From assembly GCF_004010195.1 (NCBI RefSeq), contig NW_025214536.1, positions 1 through 45,581 of the forward strand: a DNA stretch of 45,581 bases. Reading direction: 5' to 3'. A program made the position numbers and the translations under genes. Shown here one piece after another: positions 10,526 to 22,533 of the stretch. The DNA comes from Chiloscyllium plagiosum (lineage: Eukaryota). The notes under the pieces are model-generated. The model was not told the origin of the DNA, made no database searches, and worked only from the letters and a program-made list of their open reading frames with translations. Every line of letters begins with the position of its first letter. The stretch's first letter is position 1.

Positions 10526-12764
10526 CAGTCTGCAGTTTGAAAGAGAGAAGGCAAAATCGGATGTAACGGTGTTACATTTAAATGAAGGTAATTATGAGGG
10601 CATGAGAGAGGAAATGACGAAAATAGACTGGAAGCAGAGCCTAGCAAGGAAGACAGTAGAGTAAGAATGGCAGGAGTTTGTCGGTAAAATTGAGGACACT
10701 GCACAGATGTTCATCCCCAAGAAGAGAAAGATTATCCGGGGAGGGAGTAGACAACCATGGCTGACAAAGGAAGTCAGGAAAAGTGTCAAAGAAAAAGAGA
10801 TATCCTATAAAGTGGCCAAGAGCACTGGGAAATCAGAAGACTGGGAAGGCTACAAAAACAAACAGAGGATAACAAAGAGAGAAATAAGGAAGGAGAGGAT
10901 CAAATACGAAGATAGGCTAGCCAGTAATATTAGAAATGATAGTAAAAGTTTCTTTCAATACATAAGAAACAAACGACAGTCAAAGAGTAGACATTGGGCC
11001 ACTTCAAACTGATGCTGGAAGCCTAGTAATGGGAGATAAGGAAATAGCAGTAGAACTTAATAAGTACTTTTGCATCAGTCTTCACAGTGGAAGACATGAG
11101 TAATATCCCAATAATTAAAGGGATTTAGGGGGCTGAGTTGAGTATGGTTGCCATTACAAAAGAGAAAGTGCTAGAAAAGCGAAAAGGTCTTAAAATTGAC
11201 AAATCTCCTGGCCCTGATGGGCGACATCCTAGAGTTCTGAGGGAGGTGGCTGAGGAAAAGCGGAGGCTTTGGTTGAGATCTTTCAAAAGTCACTGGAGTC
11301 AGGGAAAGTCCCGGATGATTGGAAGATCGCTGTCTTAACCCCCTTGTTCAAGAAAGGATCAAGACAAAAGATGGAAAATTATAGGCCAATTAGCCTAACC
11401 TCGGCTGTTGGTAAAATTATTGAATCCATCATTAAGGATGAGGTTTCTAAATTCTTGGAAGAGCAGGGTCGGATTAGAACAAGTCAACATGGATTTAGGG
11501 AGGGGAGGACGTGCCTGACAAACCTGTTGGAGTTCTTTGAAGAGGCGACAAGTAGGGTAGACCGGGGAAACCCAGTGGATGTGGTCTACTTAGACTTCCA
11601 AAAGGCCTTTCATGGGGTGCCACACGGGAGGCTGCTGAGCAAGGTGAGGGCCCATGGTGTTCGAGGTGAGCTACTGGTATGGATTGAGGTTTGGCTGTCC
11701 GACAGAAGGCAGAGAGTTGAGATAAAAGGTTCTTTTTCGGAATGGCAGCCGGTGACAAGCCGTGTCCAGCAGGGTTCAGTGCTGGGGCCGCAGCTGTTCA
11801 CATTACATATTAATGATCTGGATGTAGGGACTGGGCGCATTCTAGCGATGTTTGCCGATGATACAAAGTTAGGTGGACAGGCAGGTCGTACTGAGGAAGT
11901 GGGGAGGCTGCAGAAGGATCTGGACAGTTTGGAAGAGTGGTCCAGGAAATGGCTGATAGAATTCAATGTGAGCAAATGCGAGGTCTTGCATTTTGGAAAA
12001 ATGAATTCAAGCATGGACTACTTTCTAAACGGTGAGAAAATTCATAAAGCCAAAGTACAAAGGGATCTGGGAGTGCTAGTCGAGGATTCTCTAAAGGTAA
12101 ACATGCAGGTTGAATCAGTGATTAAGAAAGTGAATGCAATGTTGTCATTTATCTCAAGAGGGTTGGAATATAAAAGCACCGTTGTGCTACTGAGATTATA
12201 TAAAGCTCTGGTTAGGCCCCATTTGGAGTACTGTGACGAGTTTAGGTCCCCACACCTCAGGAAGGACATACGGCACTGGAGCGTGTCCAGCAGAGATTCA
12301 CACGGATGATCCCTGGAATGGTAGTTCTAACATATGAGGAACGGCTGAGGATCCTGGGATTGTATTCATTGGAGTTTAGAAGATTAATGGGAGATCTAAT
12401 AGTTTTTACAAGATAATACATGGCTTGGAGAGGGTGGACGCTAGGAAATTGTTTCCGTTAGGCGAGGAGACTAGGACCCGTGGACATAGCCTTAGAATTA
12501 GAGTGGGTAAATTCAGAACAGAAATGCAGAGACATTTCTTCAGCCAGAGAGTGGTGGGCCTGTGGAATTCATTGCCGCAGAGTGCAGTGGAGGCTGGGAT
12601 GCCAAATTTCTTCAAGGCAGAAATTGATAAATTCTTGATGTCACAAGGAATTAAGGGAGAATGCGGGTAAGTGGAGTTGAAATGCCCATCAGCCGTTATT
12701 GAATGGCGGAGTGGACTCGATGGGCTGAGTGGCCTTAATTCCGCTCCTATGTTTTATGGTCTTA
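10526..12764 (+). mobile_element. Relatively young 5'-truncated CR1 LINE nested in an older CR1
   Basis: ORF2 pieces 10707-11012, 11138-11338, 11269-12309 (NYRPISLTS, QHGF, LDFQKAF, QGSVLGP, FADDTK) and 12425-12670. Tail (CTTATGGT-like) ends about 12764. Candidate TSD TCTGTT at 10520-10525 and 12765-12770. Confidence 0.95.
11269..12309 (+). pseudogene. CR1 reverse transcriptase domain (346-aa open segment of a frameshifted ORF2)
   Basis: Non-LTR RT motifs present including FADD. Flanking frameshifts and the missing endonuclease domain make the copy non-autonomous. Confidence 0.9.
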
Positions 12765-13810
12765 TCTGTTTTCATGGAACAATATCCAGGAAATCACCCA
12801 GAAATACCAAGTGATCATATCGGACATCTGCAACTAAAGACATAAAGTCAACTCATATCAGTAACAAGGTAGTATTTGAACATTGCTGGATTGAGCATTG
12901 CTAAGTCTGACGAAGCAGATGTACTTCCTATCAAAATGCCAGAAATAAATCATCAATAGTCGTATTAATTGCACTGTCGATGACTGTGTTTTATTCTCCT
13001 GTACAGTCTGCAGAGACCGGAAAATATTGTGGATGAACGTGAACCAAGCACTGTAGATGAATGGAAGGGATCAAAACAGCTACAAAGGGAAGAAGACATA
13101 GTGTGGAGAACTGCAGACCAATTAACTTGATATCTGAATGGAAACTGTTGGAATCTATACACGGGATGAGATTTTTGATATTTAGATATTAACAGCAACA
13201 ATGGAGAGAATCAGCATGCATTTCTGATAGAGAAATCATACTTGATAAACTTCGGGATGGTTCGAAGTTGTTCCTTCCAGCACAGATAATGGGGAACCAG
13301 TAGAAGTGGCATACATTGGATTTTCGGAAGGGTTTCTATTAGATCTCAGTGAGTTCGTAAATGCAATGAATGTGAAGGGTTTTTGAAGGAATATATATTA
13401 GTGGAAAGTTAAGGTCTGGTTCGCCTTCATTTAAGAGAGTCAGAACGTTGATGTAAAGACATGTTGAAGCAGTTTCACAGCGTGCTGGTGGGACTGTACC
13501 TGGAGTATTGTGTACGGGTTTGGTGACCGAATCTCAGAAAGAATATACTGACCACAGAGAAAGGGCAATGGAAATTCTCGAGACTAATCCCTCAGATGGT
13601 GGGATTGCCTGATAAGGAAATTCGGAAGAGTTTCAAAGAATGAGAGGTGGGTCACAATGAAATTTAGAAAATTCACAAAACATATGACAAGTTGGAAATT
13701 AACAGAACCCTTCCCTCGCTGTCTATTCCACATTCAAGGCAAATAATGGCAGAATCTAGGACAGGCCAGTTAAGACTGCAATAAGGAGGAAATTCTTCAC
13801 TTGGAGGGGA
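12765..13810 (+). mobile_element. Old CR1 (right part of the split element), heavily decayed
   Basis: Remnants of NYRPI (GAGAACTGCAGACCAATT), SQH.F (AATCAGCATGCATTT), LDFRK and LEYCV.VW.P motifs. Confidence 0.75.
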
Positions 13811-13949
13811 ATAATTAACACAGGGGCTTGGACACCTACTGGCAGGCAAGATTAGGGAGAATCTCCAGATATTCTACAAGTGTCTCCAGCGGAACAGAAT
13901 AACCAGGGAGCAGTAGGTCTCATTACTGACTGGCCAAGTTGCATCCAAA

Positions 13950-15062
13950 TCAACTTTAGTGGTAGGAGACAGAGGGTGGTGGGAGAAGGCTGTTTGTGTG
14001 ATTGGAGGCTAGTGTCCAATGGTGTACCACAGGGATCAGTGCTGTGTCTCTTATGATTTCTGCTTCAGAAGTGGTGGTGTTGTACTGGGGTGTACAAAGC
14101 TAAAAATTGTATAACACCAGGTTATAGTCCAAAAGGTTTATTTGGTGGCACTAGCTTTCGAAGCACTTCAACAAAGCGCACAACCACCTGATGAAGAAGC
14201 AGCGCTGCAAAAGCTTGTGCCTCCGAAGAAACCTGTTGGACTACAAGCTGATGTTTTTTTCACTTTATACCTTATCATAAATGATGCAGCTCTAAATATG
14301 GACGAGGGGTGGTTGGTGTCATAAGTAAGTTTGTGTTTGATACGAAGATTGGCCGGGTGTTTGGCAGTGAGGAGGAAGGCCTTATGTTACAGGAAGATAC
14401 AGATGGAATGGTCAGATGGGTGGATCAATGGCAGATGGGATTTCACCCTGATAAATATGAGGTGATAAACTTTGCAAGAAGAAACCAGACAGAGGATGAC
14501 TCAATGAATGACAGCACACACGGAAGCTCAGAGGGTGCTTCTCCACACATCCCTAAATGTGGCTGGACAGGTTATTGCACAATTTGGGAAAACATAGGGG
14601 AGAAGTAAACACAGCCTTTATACATTGAAGCATAGATTATAAGAGCTATGCGGAACTTTGATTAGGCCAGGATGGAATACTGTGTGTATTTCTGGGAGCC
14701 ACATTACAGAAAGGATGTGTTTGTACTGGAGGGGGCGCAAAGGAGATTCACCAGGATTTTTCCTGGGATGGAGTATATCAGCAATAGAGAGAGGGTGGAT
14801 AGGTTCGGGTTGGTTACATTGGAGGAGTGAATCAGAAGGATAAGATTCCGAGGGACACGGACAGGGTGAATAGACAGCAGCTATTCCTTTTAGTCAAAGG
14901 GCCACACTTTTAAAATGAAGGGTTTGAGGTTTAGTGAGGATTTGAAGATGGTCTTTCACCCAGAGTGCGTTGGGGTCTGGAATACACTTCTTGAGAGGGA
15001 GGTTGTCAAGGTAACCTTAAAACCATTAGACATTACATGGTTGTGCACTTGAAATACCATAA
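13950..15062 (+). mobile_element. CR1 fragment interrupted by a Penelope-like foldback
   Basis: GGTGTACCACAGGGATCAGTGCTG (GVPQGSVL), then after the insert SKFVFDTKIG...WQMGFHPDKYEV. Confidence 0.85.
14066..14265. mobile_element. Penelope-like terminal-repeat fragment in inverted (foldback) arrangement with hammerhead-like core
   Basis: 14113-14166 is an imperfect reverse complement of 14202-14255. CTGATGA-AGAAGCAGCGCTGC-AAAAGC starts at 14188. Confidence 0.7.
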
Positions 15063-15065
15063 GAT

Positions 15066-15272
15066 TCTCTCGCTCTCTCTCGCTGTCCCCTCTCTCTCTG
15101 TCTTTCTCTCTCTCTGTGTCCTTCTCTCTGTCTCTGTCCCTCTTTCTCTGTCTCTCTGTCCCTCTCTCTTTGTCCCCCCTCTCTCTCTCTGTTCCTCTCT
15201 CTGTCCCTCAGTCTCTCAGTCCATCAGTCTCTCTGTCTCTCTCTATCTCTGTGTGTGTATCCCCATCTCTCT
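15066..15272. repeat. Degenerate (CT)n polypyrimidine microsatellite
   Basis: Seen directly. Confidence 0.9.
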
Positions 15273-15479
15273 TGTGTCGGAAAGTGGGCCTAATATAGAC
15301 CGTGCTGTATTTCAGATGGTACAGAAAATGTGCTTCTGCTATTGTTGAGATGTGAGAGGTCGATCATTGAGTCGCTTAAGATAGGAATTGATGGGTTTGT
15401 GAAGAATATCTTATCAAAGTATATAAGAGTGAATTTGTGATATCTTCTGAAAATATGTCAATGACAAAATTAAGAGAAA

Positions 15480-16950
15480 AAGGTGCAGCTTTCTGACAGT
15501 CTGATACCAGATAATTGAGAACAGGGAAATAGCAGAACTATGGAGCAAATACTTCAGCTATGCCTTCACAGAAGAAAAAAACAAGAAAACTTCCCAGAAA
15601 TACTCGGGAACTTTAGTCTGGTGAGAAAAACGGAATAGCAACTAAAATAGCAACTAAACAGTTTTAGAGAAAAATATTGGACTGAAATTAATGGGGAGAG
15701 ACAAAGTCAACAGAGATTTATGAAATGGGAATCATATTTGAGAAAGTGGCTTTTAGCAAAATTCGGGAGATGGTATCAAAGCAATACGATTGGAATCTCA
15801 GAAATATTTTTGATAAAGCCCCAAGCCTTTTGTGCAAATTCGAAACCCGTGGGACTGCGGGAAACATAGGGTCATGGTTATAGAATGGGAGAGCTGGCAG
15901 GAAACAGTGAGTAAGATTATAACCATGTCTTTTTTTCATATAAGGCTGAGAGGATATAACAAGGATCGAGATTTGGCATCCAGCTATTTCCAATACACAT
16001 CATATCTTTGGTTGAGGGGCTCAAAAGCAATATTCCCAAGTCTGCTGACAGTACTAAACAATGTCAGCTTGTGAGTGAATGAGGAGGGTGTAAAAAAGTT
16101 CCAAGGTGATTTAGACAAGCGGAGAGACTGGGCAAAGACGTGGTAGATGGAGAGCAATGGGAGAGATGAGATGTTGTGTACTTTGATGGGAACAATAGAA
16201 TGGCAGCCTATCATTTGAAAAGAGAGTGGTTGAAAAATGTTGGTCTCTAAATGAACTTAAGCTGCATTTTTGTTTTATTTATGTGCACCCCTCCGAGTTC
16301 ATGTAGGGCAGTGATTTCTAAAGCCTGAAGTCAATATTGGGAATGGCATTGGCACGCTGACCAGTGTATATAGACCCAGCAAGTCGGGAGCTGTAACATT
16401 GAAAATAATCTGGATCTCCCTGTACACCAGTAACTGAAAGCAATATTGCAGGAGCAGAAAGCAGGTAGGTCGATAAATGGTGTATTCACCTTCATTTCAG
16501 GGGGACATGAGTACAGGAGTAAGGGTAATTTGCTAAAGCTGTACAGGGCCTTAGTGGGACCCTATCCCAAACATTGTGCAGTACTGTGTGCAGTTTTGCT
16601 CACCTTGCCTAGTAAAGGACAAACTTGACATTGAGGGAGAGCAGTGAAGGATGACCAGACTGATCTCTGGGATGACAGGCTTGTTTTGGGAGCAGAGTTT
16701 GGGGTGACTAGGCCTGTATTTCATGAGAATTAGGAAACTGAGTGGAGATCTCATTGACATTTATCAAACTCTGACAGTGTGAGACAGATTGGAAGCAAGG
16801 ATGATAGTTCACTCTGGAGAAAACGGTTCACGAATCGCATTGCAGTCAAATCGTACTTAATAAACAAGCGTTATCAGAGAACTGCCTATATATTGAATAG
16901 AGGAGAAAATTTGATGGGCCGAAAGCACTAGATCAGTTCTCGTTTTATAT
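15480..16950 (+). mobile_element. Old CR1 fragments (RT to 3' end)
   Basis: ENREIAELWSKYF, TTTGATAAAG (FDK), KSADST (FADDT-like), LKLYRALVGP, and 3' GATGGGCCGAA at about 16913. Confidence 0.75.
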
Positions 16951-17639
16951 TTCACAATGTTTCAACATATTTTGCGATATGAACATTGTATGAGGAAAAC
17001 TGCATTGAGGAGATATTCGGCCATGAACGAGTATGGGGAAAGCTCAATGTATTGAATGACCTCCTCCTTTCCAGATGTTTGTGTGCAGTCTGTGGGAAAG
17101 CTGTGTAAATATCGTCACAAGCTCTGAGGTGTTAGGAAGGAGGCCTCTGCAGGGTCGACAGGACTGTGTTTCCCATTCCCTTTTCTGATAACGAGGCTGG
17201 TGCCAGGTGTTCTGTCCGCTTTTATCCTTTAAGACATCTGAGCAGTTTGATGCAATTGAGTGTCTCATTTGGCTGATTCAGACACAATTGAAGAGTTTAT
17301 CACATGTCTGTGCGTCTGGAGCCACTTTTAGGTCAGACCAGGAAAGCACGGGATATTCACTTCTTGAAAGTACATTGGGGAATGAGATCGATGTTTACAA
17401 TCAACATTGGACACAAGATCACTGTTACTGACACCAGATTTTCGGTCTCGATATTTTATTAATTATTTTTAAAATCCACAAGCTGCCAGAGCATGATCCT
17501 GGTCTGGATTAGTAATCCAACGATATTTCCGCAACAGCACCATCTCCACATTGGGAACTATCGGAAACCATACTGACCTGATTTTTTCGGTGCTACTTGA
17601 CAGTTATGTCAAAAAGAATTCACAACAATTTGACTGTCG

Positions 17640-18240
17640 TGATGGGACTTCGAGGTGGTAATTGGTCAGATTGCAATTATTCTCCTCATCGGGGACTGGA
17701 CATAGCTGAGTAGGTTTCGGCATTGCAGGGAGATGTCAGAGTTGGAGCTGAAATGAAACAGCTTCCCCAGGGACACAGCTCTTTGTGCAGCACAAGTCTT
17801 CAGTCTTATTGCAGGAATGGGGTCAGGGCCCACTGCCTTTGTCGTATCTCCTGTGTTCAGCTGTTTCTTCATGTCACGTGCAGCAAATCGAATTGCTTGA
17901 AGACTGGCATCTGTGAGTCTGTGGGCATCATGATGGGTGTGAGGTAGATCATCCACTCAACACCTCTGGCTGAGGATAATGCAGACTCTACATCCTTGAC
18001 TTTTTTTTCACTGACGTACAGAGTTGTTCCGATATTTAGGATGAGGATATTTGTGGAGTCCTCTCCTCCAGTAAACCCTTTAATAGTCCATCAACATTTA
18101 TGCTTGGATTTAGCAGGAACAGAGCTTAGATCCGACCTGTTCGTCTTGGGATCATTTCCCCCTCTTCATCAGAAGTTAATTCTGCTGTTTGGAATGCAAC
18201 CAGTCAAGTGTTGTAGCTTTAATGGTTTGTCAACAGGTTT
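17640..18240 (-). mobile_element. Non-LTR retrotransposon ORF2 fragment of a different (CR1/L2/Jockey-group) family
   Basis: Minus ORF KAVGPDPIPAIRLKTCAAQRAVSLGKLF (RT domain 0, GPD.I....LK) followed by a NYP/NYRP-like segment. Clade not resolved. Confidence 0.75.
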
Positions 18241-18634
18241 AGGTGCACGAGATCCCGACCTTGGCATCAGCCCAAGTGACCAAACCTGATTTTTGATGCG
18301 GTAACACTTTCATTTTCATAATCTCATTCTGCTGAGGGCATCTCCCTGGTGTCACGGCTCCAATTTGTTACTTTAACTCAATCCATTTAAGGTAATAATC
18401 TAAATCGTTTCTTTTCCACAATGACAACTTCAGTATTTGAAGTGAATGTGTTTCCCTCTGTCTTTTCTCCCTGACCATGATAAAAAAAACACTGTAGCGT
18501 TAGTGATGCCAGTCTTATGCAGTTTCAGAGTCAAGGAACTTGTTCGCCATGCATTATTCTTCAGTTCCAAGTGTACGGCACTCCATGTTGGACAGGATAT
18601 TTGAGCATCTTTGACATCCTTCTTTGGCAATTGT

Positions 18635-18768
18635 CCAAAAACAGAAATTGCTGAAGAACTTACTGAAAATGTTGCAGCATCTCTGTGGAGTGAATGCAGA
18701 GTTAAACTTACAGTTCCAGTGACCCTCTACAAAGCTCCCAGTTTCTCCAGCAATTTTTGCATTTTTAT
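18635..18768. mobile_element. Penelope-like terminal-repeat remnant with inverted ends
   Basis: AAAAACAGAAATTGCTGAAGAACT (18637) versus AGTTTCTCCAGCAATTTTTG (18740) form an imperfect inverted pair; internal GCAGCATCT...CAGTGACCCT. Confidence 0.5.
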
Positions 18769-18769
18769 T

Positions 18770-19005
18770 TTAAGGTGAAAGAGGGAAGATGTAAAAGGAA
18801 TGAAGGGGCAACGTTTTTACACAGAAGGTAGTATGGGTATCGAATGAGATGCCAGAGGACGAGTGGTAGATGCCAGTACAGCTATAACATTTAAAACTCA
18901 TTTGGACAAACACATGAATGGGAAACATTGAGAGGCATATTGGCCAAATGAAAGCAGATGGGACGAGCTTAATTTGGAAAACCTGGCCAGCATGGACATT
19001 TAGCA
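18770..19005 (+). mobile_element. CR1 3' fragment
   Basis: GCAACGTTTTTACACAGAAGGTAGTA (N.FTQKVV) and 3' UTR GGCCAAATG...CAGCATGGAC. Confidence 0.8.
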
Positions 19006-19009
19006 AAGC

Positions 19010-19945
19010 TTCACGCAGAGTCAGTGTGGGTTTGTGAAAGGGAAATTATACTTTGACCTGTAAAATTATGCAAAGTATTTCTGGAGATGCCTGAGAATGT
19101 AACAAGTGGATTTGATAAAGGAGATCTGGTAGACACCAGGTTTTCCAGAGATTTTCCGCAAGCTATGACAAAATAAAAGTCCTTACACAAGACGGAAACT
19201 CGTAGGATGATGGACAATGTATTAACATGGGATGATGATTGGTTAGCTCATAGCAATCGGATAGTCAGGATTAATAAATTTACATAATAAAGGTGTATCT
19301 GCTGGAGTGCCACAGCTATTAGTCCGATGGCATCAGTTATTTATAATCTATAGCGATAGCCTGAAGGAGGGAGTTGAGTGCAATATACATCCGAGTTTGT
19401 GGATGACACTGAGAACCGAAAGGCAGGCTGTTATTGAATGGAGAGGACTTCCAGAAAATGAGCAGTACAAAGGGATTGGAATCTTCCTGTGTATGAAACA
19501 TAAAGCCAGCATGCTGATGCAGCAAATATCTAATTTGGTTCATTAGACAGGTTCCTGGGATGAAAGGGTTGTGTAACTGAGAATCTCTAAAATGGTGAGG
19601 CAATTATTCATTGGGGTTTAAATGAATGATGAGTGATACTGCTGAAAAATACAAGACACAGAAAGGGCTTGAGAAGGTACATATTGAGAAGTTGCTTCCA
19701 TTCCTGGCCAAAGTGTCGAACTCGAGGATATAGATACCGAATAAGGAACATCGATTACAATCTAAGATGCAAACCGATTTCTTCTCTCAGAAGGTAGTGA
19801 ACATCTGGAATTTCCTGACCCAGAGAGGTGTGAAAGGATACAAGGAGTCGGCAAGAAAGTGGAGTTGAAACCTGGAGTAGATCAGCCATGTTTGTATTAA
19901 ATGACAGGGCAAGCTTGATGGGCGGAATGACCTACTCCTGTTCCT
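19010..19945 (+). mobile_element. Old CR1 RT-to-3' fragment
   Basis: SQCGFVKGKLYF (SQHGF-like), DFPQAMTK (DFQKAFDK-like), TTCTTCTCTCAGAAGGTAGTG and 3' GATGGGCGGAATGACCTACTCCTG. Confidence 0.75.
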
Positions 19946-20225
19946 GGAAATCGTGTTACAAAATGTTGCATTCAGGGAGAGCAGAGGATTTGTTGATTTA
20001 ACCTTGGGTGGGGTATGGGGCCTGTATTCCCAGCGTTTCTGGGGCTGCAACATGACCGACATCTGGAGCAGAAGTTAAAGAGAGGGTAAGCATGGAAACG
20101 GGGATTGGGGGTGTGGGTTCACTTCCTGAACCAGCTTAGATTTTCCAAGTACATTTCCCAAAAAACACCAAACCGTCGGAGTGGCCACGATCTGCCACCA
20201 CGTAGCAGGTCGGAAGGGCTGAATG

Positions 20226-20500
20226 GAACATCAGAACATAGGGCTGAGGGATACGAGAGCGCCATTCAGCCCTTTGTCACTACTCCACCAGGGAATGAGG
20301 TCATGGCTCATCTCATTGTGGTCCCAGCTGCACTTTTCTCTCCATGCACCATTATCCCTGATTCATCTGTCTGTCGAAAATTCGACCAAGCCAGCCTCGT
20401 TATAATATAAATATCTGGCCATCCCAAACGTTTGGGAAAGAGAATTCCCACTTCAATGAAATCCTACTTTGTGAATTTCTCCTAATTCCTGAGGTTGGAA
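20226..20500 (-). mobile_element. CR1 3'-end fragment
   Basis: GAACATCAGAACATAGG tail followed by GCCATTCAGCCC hairpin and AGAGAATTCCCA. Confidence 0.6.
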
Positions 20501-20673
20501 GGTGTCACTGTTTCCTTTTCTAGTCCCACTCCTCCACTTCTCACAACAAATTTTAAATGTAACCAGGTTGGTGATTTGGCCGATGGTAAAGGTCTCAAAC
20601 TGGGTCAGGTTCAGTGACAGGAACAAGTCAAACAGATTTCTTTAGTCAGCCACAAATAACTGAGAGAACTAAT

Positions 20674-21023
20674 GGATGCACATGGTAGATCCGTGGTTAG
20701 CACTGCTACCCCCCATCCACAAGGAGCTGCATTCAATTCCAACCTCGGGCAACCTTTCATGTCGATTTTAAACATTCTCCCCATGTCTGTGTAGGTTTCC
20801 TTCCAGTTACCTCCCACAGTCCAACGATATGCAGCTTAGAGTGGATTAGGCATGCTAAATTGCCCGTAGTGCCCAGGGATGTGTTGGTTAGATAGGTTAG
20901 GCATGGGAAATGCAGGGTTACATGGATAGAGTAGGGGGGCAGGTCCGGGGGTGGGGGGAGACTGTTCCAAGGATCAATGTGGACATGATGGACGGAATGT
21001 TCTGCTTCCACACTGCAGAGATA
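20674..21023 (+). mobile_element. tRNA-derived SINE (HE1/V-SINE type), decayed
   Basis: GTGGTTAGCACTGCT, TTCAATTCC B box, CATTCTCCCCATGTCTGTGTAGGTTTCC, GCTAAATTGCCCGTAGTG; homologous to the reverse complement of 755-1056. Confidence 0.85.
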
Positions 21024-21089
21024 AAAGTGACCAGAAGTTTGGACTATACAAACACCCAGTGGGAAACTATCCAATCCACTCTCCTCTAG

Positions 21090-21415
21090 GTTTCAATAAG
21101 ATCACCTCTCATTCCAAGAGTAACCTGTTAAAGCCTTCATAATATAAGACCCTCATCCCTGGGATACATGAAGTGAAACATCTCCAAACTGCTTCCAATT
21201 TAATTATATCCTTTCACAGGTAAGGAGACAAAAATAATCTCACACACAGATAAGGTTATTTTTTGTTTTCTCAGTGATGAGAGTATTTGGAACTATCTTC
21301 CCGGCAGAGCATTGGAGGCAGAGATATTGAATATTTTTGAGGCACAGTCAGAAGGTTCATAAATAATAACGGAGTCAAGGATTATCGGTGAATGGCAGGA
21401 ATGTGCATTGTTGGG
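21090..21415. mobile_element. Two short CR1 fragments in opposite orientation
   Basis: 21090-21230 resembles minus-strand CR1 ORF2 end; 21250-21415 (TCTCAGTGATGAGAGTATTTGGAAC) resembles plus-strand CR1 3' region. Confidence 0.5.
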
Positions 21416-21667
21416 GAAATGCTGAAAGTGGTACAAAATCACACTGCTCCAGAACATCCAGGAATATAATGCAAAATAAAAGGATAATATCGATAAATCC
21501 TCAGGGGGAATCTGAGATAGCGGCGATGTGGAAAGTCTGCTTTGTTGGGCTCTGCATCACAACACCGGCAAAGTGGTTGCCTAACCTACTCCATCTCAGC
21601 AATTTACTTAAAATTCAACCCTAAAAAAGTAATAGAATCTTTACTGATCCCAGTTTGTCAAGTGGAA

Positions 21668-22533
21668 ATGACAAAACACGGGAAAGGATCGAGTCAGTCC
21701 CAACACACGGAGCAGCCATCAGAAGCATCGAGCCTGCCTGAGGCCGCAGCTGCAACCCACTCTGCTCGTTCGATAGACCAATTACTCACCAGGTCTTGGT
21801 CACTGGTGAAATGATTGAAGGCATGATTAAAGAAAGGTTCAGCAGTGGCTAGAACCTCTACCACTCTCGGACGCACTCCAAAAACACCCACTCTGCTCGT
21901 TCGATAGACCAATTACTCACCAGGTCTTGGTCACTGAGTTCAACAAGTTATGTGAAATGATTGAAGGCATGATTAAAGAAAGGTTCAGCAGTGGCTAGAA
22001 CCTCTACCACTCTCGGACGCACTCCAAAAACATGAGCAGCAACTTGACAGCCTTGTAAACAGAACAGACGATGTCAAGCGCTGAACAGCAGTGGCAGAGA
22101 CCGCGATCGTTTCATCTCAGGAGAGGATCCAAGCCCTTGAAAAACAGGTCCGTACCTTAACTGAACATGATGACGACCTCGAGAACAGGGGCAGGATGAA
22201 GAATATTCACGTCATCGGTCTGCTGGCCCAGACAGCAGGTGGTCAGCCAGTGAGAATTTTTCGAGATCTGGCTGCAGCGATTCCTTCACTTCGAAACTGA
22301 AGAAGGATGGGTGAAGACTGAGACAGTTCAACGGGTTACGGTGCAGAGGTCAGGCTCAGACCAGTGCTCTCGCGCTTGTGCGGTTACATATTTATGGGAT
22401 AAACAAAAACTAATGCAAGCTTCCAGAACCCAGGGGAAAGATCCGAATGCTTTAATTCAAGGGTCCCAGGATTATGTCCTTTCGGGAATTTTCAGCGGCG
22501 GTGATTCAGACAAAAAAATTGTTTGATGATATC
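21668..22533 (+). pseudogene. L1-clade ORF1p (Transposase_22-like coiled-coil/RRM) remnant
   Basis: ERIQALEKQVRTLTEHDDDLENRGRMKNIHVIGL matches L1 ORF1p LENRSRRNNIRI.GL; C-terminal GSRIMSFREFSAAVIQTKKLFDD matches I.FFQDFS.....R..F. Frameshifted and cut by CR1 at 22534. Putative ATG at 21668. Confidence 0.85.
21755..22031 (+). repeat. Tandem duplication (131 bp + 146 bp) inside the L1 ORF1
   Basis: 21755-21885 equals 21886-22031 except that the second copy has AGTTCAACAAGTTAT (21937-21951). Confidence 0.95.

Noticed and set aside
11269..12309. Active or domesticated reverse transcriptase
   Set aside because: Element is 5'-truncated with frameshifts on both sides and a non-ATG start; an ordinary CR1 copy.
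15037..15348. S/L-rich membrane-like ORFs
   Set aside because: Translations of a (CT)n microsatellite.
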